Positions 24,081-36,432 of a stretch of DNA of 64,000 bases are shown one piece after another. Under the pieces are notes generated by a model, which saw nothing but the letters and a program-made list of their open reading frames with translations, was not told the origin of the DNA and searched no databases. This DNA is from Mobula hypostoma (Eukaryota): positions 221,280,001-221,344,000 of the forward strand of contig NC_086097.1 of the NCBI RefSeq assembly GCF_963921235.1, read 5' to 3'. The position numbers and the translations under genes were made by a program. How positions within the stretch are numbered: the first letter of the stretch is position 1; each line of letters begins with the position of its first letter.

Positions 24081-26524
24081 TCAATATTTTATTGTCAAAA
24101 CACATATATGTCACCATATACAACCTTGAGATTCATTTTCCTCTGAGCATACTCAGCAAATCTATAGAAGAATAACTATAACAGGATCAATGAAAGATCG
24201 CCAAGAAGTGCAGAAGACAAATTTCACTTCATTTAAGTCAGATAACATATCTTATTCTGACACCACAGGTCACTGCCTACCAACCTGAGAATGACTATTT
24301 ATTTTTATGCTAACTTTTTGTCCAATTAAATCTACTGTGTATGTCAGTAAATTACTTCAAATTACATGTGCTCTAACCATGTTGGCTTGCTTGTCTGGTG
24401 CTTTAGTGAAAGCCAATTCAAATCCAAATATTTCTGTTGGTTCCTCCTCATCTCTTCAACGTGTCACTGTTGTGTTTTGTAACTCCAAATGATAAAACTA
24501 ATGGAAACAAAAACAAAGCCAGGAGATGCTGGCTTTTCATTTTCATTTTACCTTAAGCAAGGCGCACGTGTATGATGTGGTGGCGCGATAATATATGCCA
24601 TTCACGTACTTTTACATATAACCCACAATGCATGATGTAAACAACAAAGAATGCTTAATCAAACAATATATTTACAATACTCCTCAAATGTTACTAAAAT
24701 ATTAAATACCCAGCACTCCTCCCTGCTCAGCTATAAACTCTAACTCAATATAGAATGTATCTCACTGCCTACTCTTGTGGGATATCACCTTTCCTGACCA
24801 AGGAGGTCACTCTGCTTGACAGGTGGGACTTGCTGCTGTGAAACAATCTCAGGCTCTGGGGCTTCTTCGTGGTGGTTGTAGGAGTTGACTCTGAGACTGC
24901 AGGAAGTGGTTCTGTCAGCTCTGGACACCTTTCTCCTGGACAAGTGCCATCCTGAACAGTGCATGGCAAGCTGCTTAATCTGCCGATTTGTCCCGGGCCA
25001 CCAGACAAGGTCTTCATTTTGACCATGCCTAGACGACCAGCATGTGGCTCCTGCTGCGCTTCAGCTTTCAACAACTTGCAAACCCCGCATAAGGCAACCT
25101 CCGTCAAGTGATGCAAATGTTATGGGGTGTTCACTTCCGTCACTCATAACTTGTGAAATGACTGCACTTATACCATAAAGCGAGATGTCACAGGCAAGAT
25201 TCACTTGATAATATGAATCATAACATGTGAATGCAGTGTCTGAGGTCACCATTTCCCTTACTCTTTGGAAAGCCACATCACACTGCTTTGTCCATTGCCA
25301 ATTCTTCCTGATCTGTAGTGATGAGTTCAAGGATTGGAGCTCAGCAGCCAGTCTTGGCAGGAACCTTTTATAGTAAATGACAAATCTTAAAAAGTTCTGC
25401 AAATATGACATGTCCTTTGGCCTTGGTGCATCCACCACTGCTTAAATTTTCTCAGTGAATTTATATAATTCTTGTGCATCAATGGTATGGCCACAGTAAG
25501 TGATGCTTGGTTTACAGAATTCACACTTGTTGCATCGTGCTTTGAGCCCATAATCTTCTAATCTTTTTAACACTATCATAATTTTGGAGATGTTCCCTGT
25601 TATCCACACCAGCAACAATGATGTCATCCCAGTAACACAGGGTGTCTGGGCAACCTTGTAGCACCTGGACCATAGCTTTCTGCCAGAGTGAAGGGGCAGA
25701 TGCTATTCAAAAATAAGCCTATTATAGTGATAAAGCCCTTTGTGAGTGATTAGAGTGAAGAACACTTTGGATTCTTCCTCCACCTCCATCTGTAAGTAGG
25801 CCTCAGCTAATTCTACTTTGCTGAAATATTTTCCTCCAAGAAAGGTTTCCAAAGGTATCCTCTATCCTGGGCAGACAGTATTAATCTACTTTTAGTATTG
25901 TGTTGATGGTGTTGATTGTGTTGATAGAATCATCAGAGACCCTGACAGACACATTCTTCTTTGCTAATGGGTCCACTGGCATTGCCGACGGGCTTTACTC
26001 ATCCTTGGAAAGAACTTGTTCAGTCTGCATTTGATCAAGCTAACTGCCTACTTTATCACAGATGGTTTGAGGTGCCAGATAGGCTCTGCAACACTTGGGT
26101 ATGATATTTTCATTTAACATGATTTTACCCTTGATATGTTTGAGTTTTCCAATGTCATCCTTGAACACTGTTGTGGTATCATTCAGTACCCTTCTTAATT
26201 TGCTTTCAGTTGACTCTGTTGTAGAGAATGTAGCATGCAAATACTGGATGGACCTCCAGTCAAGTTATAGTTGTCTCACCAATCATGGCTCCACAATCCT
26301 GACCCTCCTGTTTTTACCACATGCATGTCCAGTGTGGCTTGTTGGTTGTTGTATTTCACTATTATGAATGTCATTTCCACAGGAGCTGTTTTTTCTCCAG
26401 TGTGAGTTCTCAGCTGGATATCTGCAAGTGTCTTTGAACTGCTGTTCAAACTCATTTTGTGGAATGACTGAAACAGCCAAGCCAGTGTCCAATTTAATTT
26501 TAATTAATTTCTCGTTCACTTACA

Positions 26525-28042
26525 TTGCTTGTCTATTGTAAAGTGAAGGATAATCCAAAGAGCTTTTACAAGTATATTAAGAGCAAGAGGATTGTAAGGG
26601 ATAAAATTGGTCCTCTTGAAGATCAGAGTAGTCGGCTTTGTGCGGAACCAAAGGAAATGGGGGAGATCTTAAATAGGTTTTTTGCGACTGTATTTACTAA
26701 GGAAGCTGGCATGAAATCTATGGAATTGAGGGAATCAAGTAGTGAGACCATGGAAACTGTACAGATTGAAAAGGAGGAGGTGCTTGCTGTCTTGAGGAAA
26801 ATTAAAGTGGATAAATCCCCGGGACCTGACAGAGTGTTCCCTCGGACCTTGAAGGAGACTAGTGTTGAAATTGCGGGGGCCCTGGCAGAAATATTTAAAA
26901 TGTCGCTGTCTACGGGTGAAGTGCCGGAGGATTGGAGAGTGGCTCATGTTGTTCCGTTGTTTAAAAAAGGATTGAAAAGTAATCCGGGAAATTATAGGCC
27001 GGTGAGTTTAACATCAGTAGTAGGTAAGTTATTGGAGGGAGTACTAAGAGACAGAATCTACAAGCATTTGGATAGACAGGGGCTTATTAGGGAGAGTCAA
27101 CATGGCTTTGTGCGTGGTAGGTCATGTTTGACCAATCTGTTGGAGTTTTTCAAGGAGGTTACCAGGAAAGTGGATGAAGGGAAGGCAGTGGATATTGTCT
27201 ACATGGACTTCAGTAAGGCCTTTGACAAGGTCCCGCATGGGAGGTTAGTTAGGAAAATTCAGTGGCTAGGTATACATGGAGAGGTGGTAAATTGGTTTAG
27301 ACATTGGCTCGATGGAAGAAGCCAGAGAGTGGTGGTAGAGAATTGCTTCTCTGAGTGGAGGCCTGTGACTAGTGGTGTGCCACAGGGATCAGTGCTGGGT
27401 CCATTGTTATTTGTCATCTATATCAATGATCTGGATGATAATGTGGTAAATTGGATCAGCAAGTTTGCTGATGATACAAAGATTGGAGGTGTAGTAGACA
27501 GTGAGGAAGGTTTTCAGAGCCTGCAGAGGGACTTGGACCAGCCGGAAAAATGGGCTGAAAAATGGCAGATGGAGCTTAATACTGACAAGTGTGAGGTATT
27601 GCACGTTGGAAGGACAAACCAACGTAGAACATACAGGGTTAATGGTAAGGCACTGAGGAGTGCAGTGGAACAGAGGGATCTGGGAATACAGATACAAAAT
27701 TCCCTAAAAGTGTCGTCACAGGTAGATAGGGTTGTAAAGAGAGCTTTTGGTACATTGGCCTTTATTAATCAAAGTATTGAGTATAAGAGCTGGAATGTTA
27801 TGATGAGGTTGTATAAGGCATTGGTGAGGCCGAATCTGGAGTATTGTGTTCAGTTTTGGTCACCAAATTACAGGAAGGATATAAATAAGGTTGAAAGAGT
27901 ACAGAGAAGGTTTACAAGGATGTTGCCGGGACTTGAGAAACTCAGTTACAGAGAAAGGTTGAATAGGTTAGGACTTAATTCCCTGGAGCGCAGAAGAATG
28001 AGGGGAGATTTGATAGAGGTATATAAAATTATGATGGGATAG
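26525..28042 (+). CDS. CR1 ORF2 reverse transcriptase domain (truncated, no endonuclease)
   Basis: NYRPVSLTS, DFSKAFDKVPH, GVPQGSVLGP, KFADDTK. It continues in ORF 28048..28305 after a frameshift. Confidence 0.85.
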   Translation: MLVYCKVKDNPKSFYKYIKSKRIVRDKIGPLEDQSSRLCAEPKEMGEILNRFFATVFTKEAGMKSMELRESSSETMETVQIEKEEVLAVLRKIKVDKSPGPDRVFPRTLKETSVEIAGALAEIFKMSLSTGEVPEDWRVAHVVPLFKKGLKSNPGNYRPVSLTSVVGKLLEGVLRDRIYKHLDRQGLIRESQHGFVRGRSCLTNLLEFFKEVTRKVDEGKAVDIVYMDFSKAFDKVPHGRLVRKIQWLGIHGEVVNWFRHWLDGRSQRVVVENCFSEWRPVTSGVPQGSVLGPLLFVIYINDLDDNVVNWISKFADDTKIGGVVDSEEGFQSLQRDLDQPEKWAEKWQMELNTDKCEVLHVGRTNQRRTYRVNGKALRSAVEQRDLGIQIQNSLKVSSQVDRVVKRAFGTLAFINQSIEYKSWNVMMRLYKALVRPNLEYCVQFWSPNYRKDINKVERVQRRFTRMLPGLEKLSYRERLNRLGLNSLERRRMRGDLIEVYKIMMG

Positions 28043-28382
28043 ATAGAGTGAATGCAAGCAGGCTTTTTCCACTGAGGCAAGGGGAGAAAAAAACCAGAGG
28101 ACATGGGTTAAGGGTGAGGGGGGAAAAGTTTAAAGGGAACATTAGTGGGGGCTTCTTCACACAGAGAGTGGTGGGAGTATGGAATGAGCTGCCAGACGAG
28201 GTGGTAAATGCGGGTTCTTTTTTAACATTTAAGAATAAATTGGACAGATACATGGATGGGAGGTGTATGGAGGGATATGGTCCGTGTGCAGGTCAGTGGG
28301 ACTAGGCAGAAAATGGTTCGGCACAGCCAAGAAGGGCCAAAGGGCCTGTTTCTGTGCTGTAGTTTCTATGGTTTCTATGGTT
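26525..28382 (+). mobile_element. Young 5'-truncated CR1 LINE inserted into the Gypsy element
   Basis: Uninterrupted 505-aa RT ORF, one frameshift near the C-terminus, (GTTTCTATG)n tail. Confidence 0.95.
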
Positions 28383-29324
28383 AGCTTTCACACTGTAAAT
28401 TTCAAGGCTTCTGTGTCACTCTGATCATTATAAGATTTTTCATCAACAGCAGATTAGTGCTCATTTTGAAGCTATAACTTGACTTTTTATATTTTTCTCT
28501 TATTTTTGACTACCTGATACGTTCTTTGTATGAGTCCTACTTTGTTGTGTTTTCTGCAAGTTTCTCCTTTAAAACTGCACTGGTCTGATGTATATAAAGC
28601 CCTGCCACAATGATAACATAATTTGTTCGGTCAGGTAGAATTCTGTTTAGAAATTGCAATTTTGTTCACACTCACTTTCATTTCTGACTGCAACTCAGTT
28701 GCATCTCAGGCTGCTGCTTCCATTGATACAGCGATTTTAACTGCTCATTTTGGATATGAATTGCACTTCAGTTAGGAGCTGCTTTTAATGCTTTCTTGTA
28801 AGATTTCACAAACTAAATGATCCCTCACTAAGCCCATTGCAAAACTGACAAGTTCACATAATCCCTTCAATTCAGTCACATTTGCTGAAAGGAAATCCAT
28901 TTCCATTTGATTCTATTTATGAGACCTAAAGCATTCTTCAACCAACAATAGTTTCCATTCTAAGAGATCCCGCATTACTTTCATGATATCAGCAAAGCTC
29001 ATTTTGGCTGGATTGGTTGGAGCAGTTAAGCCTCTAAGCAAGCTATATGTCTTTAAACCCAATGCACTCCAGAAAACTGGCACTCACTATTCATTAACTA
29101 TTTCATTTGCTTCAAAATATTGCTCAATTTGCTAAGTATACAATATCCAGTTACCTTTTGTGTAATTGACTGCATCTATGTTTCCAACGTAGAGAGCCAT
29201 TTCTGCTGTTTTTATTTATTATTATTATCACATGGTAGTCATTGTTTAGAAACCTGTGAACTCATCTGTTATCTACTTTTTTAAAAACTCAAACATCTTT
29301 CTCCTCTTGCAAAGAAAAAAACGT

Positions 29325-29430
29325 GCTGCGATTTTTTAAAAACCCAAATATCTCGCTGCGTTTTTTAAAAAATTCAAATATCTTGCTGCGTTTTTTAAAA
29401 AATTCAAATATCTTGCTGCGTTTTTTGAAG
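29325..29430. repeat. About 30-bp tandem repeat (3+ copies) in the Gypsy 5' leader
   Basis: GCTGCGTTTTTTAAAAAATTCAAATATCTT-like unit. Confidence 0.7.
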
Positions 29431-29774
29431 AACTCGAACGTCTCACGGCAATTCAACAGTTAGGTAGATGTCTCTGGTTCATTTAAAATCTCCTCATCAC
29501 CACTGTTATGTTTTGTACTCCCAAAGCATGATGCTAATTGAAAGAAAAACAGAGCAGGGAGATATGTGTCTTGGTTTTGTTTTACTTCTAGCGAGGCATG
29601 CACTTGTGATGACATATGCCATTAATGTACCTTCACATGTAACTCACAATGCATTATATATAAACAATAAGAATGCTTAATCGAACAATATTCTGCAAAT
29701 ATTAAATACACAAAGGTCACAATCTCAAAGAATTTCAAAAGATTAAGCAAATATGATTCCCCTTTCTTCAATCC

Positions 29775-30095
29775 AGAACAAAGTCCAGAACGAGGGGTCA
29801 CAGTTTGAGGATAAAAGGGAAGCCTTTTAGGACCGAGATTAGGAAAAACTTCTTCACACAGAGAGTGGTGAATCTGTGGAATTCTCTGCCACAGGAAACA
29901 GTTGAGGCTAGTTCATTGGCTATATTTAAGAGGGAGTTAGATATGGCCCTCGTGGCTACGGGGATCAGGGGGTATGGAGGGAAGGCTGGTGCAGGGTTCT
30001 GAGTTGGATGATCAGCCATGATCATAATAAATGGCGGTGCAAGCTCGAAGGGCCGAATGGCCTACTCCTGCACCTATTTTCTATGTTTCTATGTT
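29775..30095 (+). mobile_element. CR1 3' end
   Basis: ORF 29805..30002 (FFTQRVVNLWNSLP) and a TTTCTATG tail. Confidence 0.85.
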
Positions 30096-31071
30096 AATCC
30101 ACACTGATTGTACAATATCCTATATTTTCTATTCTTGGTGCCCTGTACTATATATCCTCCAATATGGGTTTCTGCAGTTACTCTGCTGCCTACATTATAT
30201 TAACAGGTTGGTAGACCCATATTTCCTTCATTCTTTAGTTGTTTTGACACATACAGTCCTCCTATCCACCAGAACAATGCTAAAATTTATAGAAGTTTGG
30301 AAGATGATGATCAGAGTGTACACTTTCTCCACAGCCATCTCTTTCAAAGTTTAGAGATGCAGATTACCTTGTCATTGGAATTTATAGGCTTTTAATCTCA
30401 CTCACTTCTCTGGTAGCGCATTTCCACAAAGTTTTCCATCAGGTTCTTGTTCTCACTATATCCTTGGCTCTCTGGCACCTCTCTCAGGCTTTTGTGCCTT
30501 CTTCTTCAAAGCCAGATGCAGAGTAATTGCTTTATTCTTCTGACGTTTCCTGATTTTTCTGTATAAATTCTCTCTTCGCCAACTGTAGAAGATCCATAAT
30601 TTCCCTCACTGTTCTTTTCCTTTTACATATTTATAGTACAGTTTAATGCCTGTTTGTTCTCTTGCTCTATCATTTTTTTTTCAATTTATTGGTCCTCCTT
30701 TTCTGAATTGTAAAATGCTCCCAAACCTCTACCAACTACTGATATTTCTGGCAATTTTATAAGCCTCAAATTTATTGCTATCTTTAATTTATCCTGTCAG
30801 TCATGTATTGCTCAATTTCCTTTTGAGTTTTCATGTTGTAAAAGAAAATGTTTTCTGCAATTTATCGAATACTTCTCCAAATATTAAGAGCATGTTCACT
30901 ACTGTCCTTTTCAATATAAACTATTCTCCAGCAACTTAGCTTGTTCGTTTTGAACCAAGCCAAATTAAGTAACCCATTGCCTTATACTGCAACTCCTGAG
31001 CAGCAATAAGCCAGGTGCAGTGACCCAGCTTCCTACTTCCTATAGGTAATGTGTCTGCTATATTCAGAGCT

Positions 31072-34000
31072 TGTTTACAAAGCTGCTCTATAGACAGTGC
31101 TTTGTTTTAACTTCAAACTGATTACTGTTTATCATTTACATGTAGCAGGACACAAGCTCCAGAGTTGCATATGAGGCTGGACAAAGGTTACTTCCACTAC
31201 AGGCCTGAAAATACATCAGGGCAGGAAAGGATGCCTGAAGAAGGGGCGACAGGGACCGCGCATCGACAGCTACTATTTGAGAAGCAGGTCGAGTCAGTCG
31301 ATTGAAGATCAGTGGCAGGACAAAACCCAAAGTCTGCAGGACATCAATACCCCTGTCTCAGTGGAGGACGAGCAAGGCACAGGAGAGCAACTCGAACCCA
31401 GCCCATTACGACCTGCAATGGAAAAGAAGACCCGGGGCGAAAGCTGTTGATCAAGTTGCCAAAATCTTGTGAGAAGACAATATGGGAGGAGGTCAATGTT
31501 GACCTCTCCAACATCTTGGAGACGCTCAGAGGCGCCACCATGAAGAAGTTGGAAAGAATGGAGGAATTAATCTGCAGCTATGGAATGGAACGTTTTGGAG
31601 AGAGGAAGAAAACGACATCGACGCTCCCCACTAAGTCCAGGAGGCAGAAAGAAATAGACCGTCTAGTCAGAGAGAGGAGGCAGCTGAAGAAACAATGGAG
31701 GAAGGCCACAGAGGAGGAGAAGGAAGGTATAAACCTGTTGTAAGCAGACATCCGGAGCAGGCTCGCGATACTGAGGAGAGCTGAGAACCTGGTAAGGAAG
31801 CGCAGGAAGAAGGAGCAGACAAGAACAAGCTTCTATAAAGATCCCCTCAAGTTTGTGAAGGGTCTCTTCACAGGGGAGAAGACTGGAAGTCTCTCAGTGT
31901 CAAAGGTAGAACTGGAAAAACACCTGGAAACGTTATACAGAGACAACCGATGCCATGAAGAGATTACCCTCCCACCTGACATGCCACCAATCCATCCACC
32001 GGAACACCAACTAGATATCAGCCCACCTAGATGGAGTGAGGTGGAGAAAATTGTTGATGGAGCAAGGGCTGCATCGGCCCCAGGTCCCAATGGAGTGCCA
32101 TACAGGCTCCACAAAAATGCACCAGGTGTCCTGCAGTTCCTCTGGAGGCTCATGAAGGTATGGCGTAAGCAGGAGATACCAGCATCCTGGCAGATAGCTG
32201 GAGGAATCCTGATCCCAAAGGAAAAGGGTTCATCAGATATTGGCCAATTCTGCCAGATTAGTCTCCTAAACGATAAGGACAAAATCTTCTTTAGTGTGGT
32301 GGCTCATAGGCTGTCAAGATATCTGCAAAGAAACCATCTGATTGCTACATCAATCCAGAAAACAGGGATCTCGGGCTTCTCTGGCCGTCTGGAACACGCT
32401 TGCACCATCTGGCATCAAATCCAGGTTGCCAAGAAGGAGGGAACAGATCTTCACATGATGCTCCTGGACCTCGCCAACACCTTCGGCTCAGTCCCTCATA
32501 AGCTCCTTTGGACTGCTTTCGACTTCTTCAGGGTCCCAGTGGCCCTCACAAGCCTCATTAAGGCCGACTTCCAGGACATACAGCTATGTTTGACAACAGC
32601 AGATTACACCACAGTGTGGCAACATCTGGAAGTGGGAATCATGACCAGTTGTACCATCTCCCCGCTCGCCTTCACCATGGCCATGGAGGTGATCATTAGA
32701 GCATCTCGATGGGAGGTTGGAGGACAGGGCATAAGACCTGGCCTGAGGCTGCCGCGGATCAGAGCATACATGGATGATCTCACGACACTCAGCACGACCA
32801 AGGCTTGTACTGTACGCCTGTTGAGAAGGGTTCAAGAGATACCCATTTCCAGTCTTTCAGAGGTGTACAAGTGCACCAAAGTAAGACTGGAGATGATGTT
32901 AACAGAGGCGAGTGATCCATTTGTAGCACAAGCTGCCCATGTCCTGCCTACTGGGAGGAAATGGACTCCATCAGAAGCAACCGAGCTAACAAAGGCAGCA
33001 TTCGAGCACAAGGACATCGTGGGCCGAGTGCAGCAAGGGAGGAGCGGTCTGGGCCTTGGGGACAGTTCACCAGCCTGGAATAAGGCTGCTCCGTCTCAGA
33101 GACGCAGGAGATACGTCGGCAGGAGGGGGCGGCAAGGTGCGCAAAGCCCGTTGCGCAGGCAAGGCAAGGGCAATGGATGAGATGGGAGGGCGTAGAGAAA
33201 AGGAAGATCTCCAGGAAAGAGCAGTGGGAGATGGAGAGAATCAGAGTGAGCTTCACCATCAGGGCTGCCTATGACATCTTGCCGTCTCCCATGAATCTCA
33301 GCCAGAGGTTTGGAGAGGACCCCGCATTCTCCCTCTGCCCGACTGCAGCAACACTAAAACACATTCTGGTGGGTTGCAAGACCAGCCTTACTCAAGGCCG
33401 ACACACCTGGTGACACAACCAGGTGCTACGGCGTCTTGCAGCAGTGCTGGAAAATTGGCAGATGAGCATCAACGCTCTCCCTCCCGCTTCATCCCGCTGG
33501 CCGTTAACAACATTTGTCCGGGAAGGTGAGGGTCAAGCCAGACTCGATACATCGAGACCAGACACCAGGCGGCTAGGTGGGGCACGTGATTGGAAGATGG
33601 TGGCAGACTTTGACCAGAAGCACTGCTTCCCAACTGAAATCGCGGAAACCAACCTCAGACCAGACCTTGTGCTATGGTCAGCCTCATTCCATCTTGTTTA
33701 CATCATCGAGCTTACAGTGCCCTGGGAGGATGCAGTGGAGGAGGCCTACGAGTGAAAGAAGCTGAGGTACGCTGAGCTTACAGTGCCCTGGGAGGATGCA
33801 GTGGAGGAGGCCTACGAGCACAAGAAGCTGAGGTACGCTGTGCTTGCAGCCAATGTGCAACAACGTGGCTGGAAAACAAGGGTCCGACCGGTCGAAGTAG
33901 GCTGCAGAGGATTTGTAGCCACATCAACATCAAGGCTACTCCGGGAGCTGGGAGTGCGAGGGAAGACACACCGACAAGCAGTCAAAGACCTCTCCAGAGC

Positions 34001-34279
34001 TGCTGAAAAGGGTAGTCGGTTGCTCTGGATGAAGATGAAGGATTCCATCTGGGCCCCCAAGTGAGTGAAAGGCATCTGGGGGTGAGCCCAGGACGCCGGG
34101 ATTCACTGCTGAACCCTCAGGAGGTGTCGTGGGCCCATCAGCAAAACACTGAGGAACGAGGGCACCCACGATATCCCAGAAGATGCCACCACTCACTTGG
34201 CCACCCCACAGAGTCTAGGCAGCACGTCTCAGGAGTGCAAATAAGGGATATTAACATCTAGTCCTACATAACACATCTA
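31072..34279 (+). mobile_element. HERO-like RLE-type non-LTR retrotransposon, near full length, decayed
   Basis: N-terminal Zn-finger remnant (CI*GW...GLKIHQGRKGC), RT ORF 31855..33180 (YMDD), CCHC remnant (CPT...HILVGC), RLE motif RPDLVLWS...IELTVPWE, VEVGCRGF, stop at 34062-34064. Candidate TSD AGAGCT at 31066 and 34280. Confidence 0.85.
34057..34200 (+). ncRNA. Structured 3' UTR RNA of HERO-like element (permuted hammerhead-like, core partly decayed)
   Basis: Helices GCTGA/TCAGC, CCCTC/GAGGG, GTGT/ACAC, GTGGG/CCCAC, GGCATCT/AGATGCC and CCAAGTGAGTG/CACTCACTTGG. GTC at 34126-34128. Confidence 0.55.
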
Positions 34280-36124
34280 AGAGCTGAAGACTGGCTTCCG
34301 TTTATGACCAGAAGTTAAATAAAGTTTAACTTACACCGTTTGATCTTACAAATGACAGCTGCTGTGTTTAGAAAACCAAGCTTGGCAAAAACATGAGACT
34401 CCCAGCCCAGGAAACGAATATCCACCACGTTTCAACCTGGACTTCTGGAATCTGAAACCCACAGTCTCAGTATCTGTTTTGGTTTCTTTAAGACATATCC
34501 ACCACTTTGACCTGAGTTTTAATCTTCTTCCATAATATTTCCGCATTCTCTTCTTATAAGACTTGACATCAAATATTGCCTGATAATACTCATATGAAAA
34601 ATTCAATGAAATTCATTGTGTAAACATCTATAGAAAGACAGAATGTTGCTATTGTTGACTGAAGTGGCGTTCCTGGCAAGAAAGAGTCAATGTTATATAA
34701 GGATGCATAGTGATGCAACAGGCAGTGTTACAGTTACAGCTACAGTAATGCCGGTTGAAACCTGACCTCCCTGTGACTGAGTGGTTTTTCCCAGTTTCTG
34801 TGGTTTTCTTCCTCCTCCAAATGACATGCTGGTAGGTTAAATTACCTCTGTAAATTGCCCCTGGTGTTGGTGGGTGGCTGGAGAATTTTGAAGGATGGAG
34901 TTTATGGGCAGGTGGGAGGAAATGGGCTATAGGGAAATGATGGGATAACGGGACTGATGAGGAACAATCATCTAACAGCCAACATAGGCTCAATAGTGAA
35001 CTGACCTCTTTTACTGTAAAGAAATATGAGAAGTATAAGAGGCCGTCAACTGAACTCTTGATGAGACACTAAAGCAAAAAAAAAGAACCATGAAATGAAT
35101 TAATGGTGCTCATCCGCATAAAATTAGATTTCTAATGCCCATGCTGGGCTTTCCCAAGCCCACTCTGTTCCAGTCTCATGACAGCCTTGATCAAAATATG
35201 GACAGAAGAGCTAAATTCTAGAGGAGACTTGGGGAACCAAAAGCTATGATAAAATGGAAAGAGAATCTAGTGAAAAAAAGATTTCATTATTTGGATTAAT
35301 ATCTCTTTTAAAGGAAGATAACTTGTTTGCATCATCTCACTGAGGCTTCATTGACAGCGTTTCTAAACCAGAAACCTATGCCACCTGGAAGGGTAACATA
35401 TGGGGCTGTCTTCACCTGCAATTTGCTGTCATAGTCACAGACCACCATGATTTAGAAATACAGTGCATTGGGATTTTCTTCTTTCTTACGGTATATTAAT
35501 GCTAGAAATCCTCATCCAGCATTAATGTGAGAGCACCTTAACCAGAAGAAGTTGTGTGGTTCAATAAAGCTTTCTACCATAATTTCACAAAGAAGAATAG
35601 CAAGGGAAATATGGCTCTGCCCTAAAAAAAAGGAGGCTATCCCTCCCATTGTGCCTTTTCTGGGCAAACAAAAACATAGAGATTTCCACTCTGCTGGTCT
35701 TGGTCCATTACCTTACAGGTTATCTGAACCAGAATCAATCTTATTATCACCGGCATGTGTCATTTGCTCTCCAAACGACTATTGCAGTAATTTTTTTAAA
35801 AAATGGCAGGGATCCCTTAGCTGAATTATGGAAAATAGAATCATAGACTCAGAGGAGTCATAGAGTAATTCGGCCCTACTCATCAATGCTAACAAAGAAG
35901 CCCACCTAAGCTAGTCCTATTTGCCCAAATCCTTCTTAACCTTTCCTATTCATGTTCCTGTCTGAGTGTCTTTTAAATGTTGTTATGGTACATATCTCAA
36001 AATCTTCCTCAATATATACACCATCCTCTGCATGAAGAATTTGTCCCTTAGTCTCCTTTTAAATCTTTCCCATTTCACCTTAAGTCTTTGTCCTCAAGTT
36101 TTTTGATTCCCTTTCCCTTTATAT

Positions 36125-36432
36125 GTGGCACGTGGCCAAGTGGTTGGGGCGTTGGACTAGCGATCTGAAGGTTGTGGGTTCGAGCCCCAGCTGATGCAAC
36201 ATGTTCTGCCCTTGAGCAAGGCACTTAACCACGCACTGCTCCAGTCCACCCAGCTGAAAATGGGTACCGGCAAAATGGTGGCAGGTTAACCTCGGGATAG
36301 ACTGGCATCCTATCCGGGCGGGGGGGGTGGGCGGGGTGGGGGGGAGTCTCGTATTCTCAGTTGCTTCATGCCACGGAAACCGGCATAAGCACCGACCCGA
36401 TGAGCCTATAAGGCTCGGGACAGACTTTAACT
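36125..36432 (+). mobile_element. tRNA-derived SINE with 13-bp TSD
   Basis: Box A TGGCCAAGTGG and box B GGTTCGAGCCC. TSD TTTCCCTTTATAT at 36112-36124 and 36433-36445. Confidence 0.85.

Larger units (their letters stand above)
24468..29715 (-). mobile_element. Decayed Ty3/Gypsy (Mag-like) LTR retrotransposon with both LTRs and 5-bp TSD
   Basis: LTRs at 24468-24715 and 29504-29715. TSD GTCAC at 24463-24467 and 29716-29720. PBS-like TGGTGATGAGGA (minus, about 29491-29502). PPT AGCAGGGAGGAG. Protease LDTG (26283..26519), RT and RNase H remnants (25061..25627). Confidence 0.85.

Noticed and set aside
26525..28042. Autonomous active CR1 or host RT gene
   Set aside because: 5'-truncated (no ORF1 or endonuclease) and frameshifted at about 28040.
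36125..36200. tRNA gene
   Set aside because: The A and B boxes are the head of a TSD-flanked SINE. There is no full cloverleaf or poly-T terminator.
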